The notes under the pieces are model-generated. The model was not told the origin of the DNA, did not search any database, and saw nothing but the letters and a program-made list of their open reading frames with translations. From Eledone cirrhosa (Eukaryota), in assembly GCA_964016885.1 (NCBI GenBank), contig OZ024744.1, positions 62,186,001 to 62,250,000 of the forward strand: a stretch of DNA of 64,000 nucleotides, given 5' to 3'. Shown here piece after piece: positions 62,363 to 64,000 of the stretch; within the stretch, counting starts at the first letter, position 1; each line of letters starts with the position of its first letter. The translations under genes and the position numbers were made by a program.

Positions 62363-64000
62363 ATGCGAGCACTCCTCATTGTTTCGACCGCGGACGGCTA
62401 ACATAACCCCATCGCCCCCCGCCCCTCACCGCCCCCAACCCCCAAACGCAATCCAAAACTTCAAAACTTCAGAGTTGGTACCATAAATGTAGGCACCCTA
62501 AAGGGTCGCGCTAACGAGGTTGTAGAAATGCTTGAACGTAAGGAGGTCGATGTTTGTTGTATTCAAGAGACCAGGTGGAGGGGTGGGTCTGCTAGGTTCA
62601 TTGAGGGTAAAAAACGTTGTTATAAGCTTTTCTGGGTGGGAAACGACGATGGGCTGGGTGGAGTAGGAATCATGGTAGCAGAAAAGTGGGCAGATAAGAT
62701 AATAGACGTAAATAGAGTGAACGACAGAATAATTAAAATACGACTTGTCCTCAATAGAACTACGGTGACAGTAATATCTGCGTACGCACCCCAATCCGGA
62801 CTGCCCGGCACTATAAAAGACAGATTCTATGAGACACTGATGCTAACTACCTCCCAAATATCCGACAGTGACTATATAATTATCGCAGGCGACCTAAATG
62901 GTCACGTTGGACAACATTGTGACGGCTACGACGAAATCCATGGAGGCTATGGGTTTGGTACTAGAAATGAGGAAGGCTCCAGAATCCTGGAATTCTGTGA
63001 TGCAAATAACCTAACTATCTGTAACACTAACTTCAAAAAACGTGACAATCACCTGATCACCTATAGATCCGGGGAACACACAAGCCAGGTAGATTATATC
63101 CTTACCAGAAGACGTGACAGAGTGTCTGTTGTTAACACTAAATCCCTCCCCCATGAAGAATGCACCTCCCAACATAGACTGATAATTAGCGACCTCATAG
63201 TCAGGACGAGACGTACTCGACAACAGAAGAGGACTATCCTCAGGAGGAAAATATGGAAGCTAAAGGACCCCACAGCCAGGAATAAATTTCAAAGCATATT
63301 ACTTGATGCTTTCGACAGTAAGGAAGAACATTTAGAGTCGGACAATATAGAGGGAGAGTGGGAATTTCTGAAAGCAAACCTGCTGTTGGCGACAGACGAG
63401 GTCTGTGGCTGGAGCAGGCCTGTAGGCAGGAGGAGAGTAACATGGTGGTGGAACAGTAAGGTGGAGGGGTCAATTAAGGCCAAAAAGCAGGCTTGGAAAG
63501 TATGGCGGGATGGGGGAAGTAGAGAGGACTATCAAGTGGCCAGGAGGGAAGCTAGGAGACAAGTGTACTTAGCAAGAAGGGAAGCTGAGGAAAGAAAGTT
63601 CAAGCATGTTCTACAACGCGATGACCAAAAACGTGAGGTGTTCAGGATTGCTAGGCAATGCGTCAAGGAAAACCGTGATATTGTCGGGGAGAAGTGTGTA
63701 CTAAACGACGATGGCACACTTGCCATCACCGACGCTGATAAGAAGGTAGCTTGGAAGTGTCACTATGAAAGGCTTCTAAATGAGGAGAATAATTGGGAGA
63801 AAGGCAGTCTCCCCCATATCGACCCAATAGAGGAACCAGCAGTGTTAGTCGAGGGGAGTATAATAAGTAAGGCAATCAAGGATATGAAGACTGGTAAGGC
63901 GGCTGGGCCTTCGGAAATAGTTGCTGAGATGCTGAAGGCATCTGGCACGGTGGGACACACCATGGTCACCCGCATAGTTAACCAAGTCGTACAGAATGGG
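62363..64000 (+). mobile_element. RTE LINE 5' part: intact APE endonuclease and linker; ORF open from 62402 past 64000
   Basis: Manual translation gives GTINVGTL, CIQETRW, GVG, SAYAPQ, AGDLNGHVG, NTNFKK, TY, VDYIL, SQHRL, TWWWN and KAAGPS, with no stop in 533 codons. Runs off the window edge. Confidence 0.95.

Overview
This is AT-rich eukaryotic, almost certainly animal, genomic DNA. The SINE/LINE repertoire and microsatellite load look like a coleoid cephalopod (octopus-type) genome, which is an inference. I can support only one host coding exon: a 117-nt minus-strand exon (55462-55578) encoding the start of a CEP170-type FHA domain, so most of the window is probably one very large intron. 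The rest is transposon-derived. There are at least 8 plus-strand RTE LINE copies (one with an intact endonuclease ORF running off the right edge, several with a PHD-like C4HC3 finger inside the RT region), a CR1-type LINE with an intact RT ORF, a decayed Dong/R4 element, L1/Tx1 3' ends, an Hsmar2-like mariner relic, a Merlin-like long-TIR MITE, Helitron and piggyBac-like non-autonomous elements, and many tRNA-SINEs. About 14 kb of compound (TA/CA)n microsatellite lies between 33.3 and 51.1 kb and produces the giant I/Y/H/T/M/C/V ORFs, which are artefacts. The most notable observation is a 330-bp near-perfect palindrome (46563-46892) carrying a complete type-I hammerhead ribozyme fold on both strands (Penelope pLTR-like), directly upstream of a repeat-fused CR1 RT ORF. 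Other points of interest are a twin-priming-type inverted RTE insertion and several fold-back inverted duplications. Coordinates of decayed repeats are approximate.
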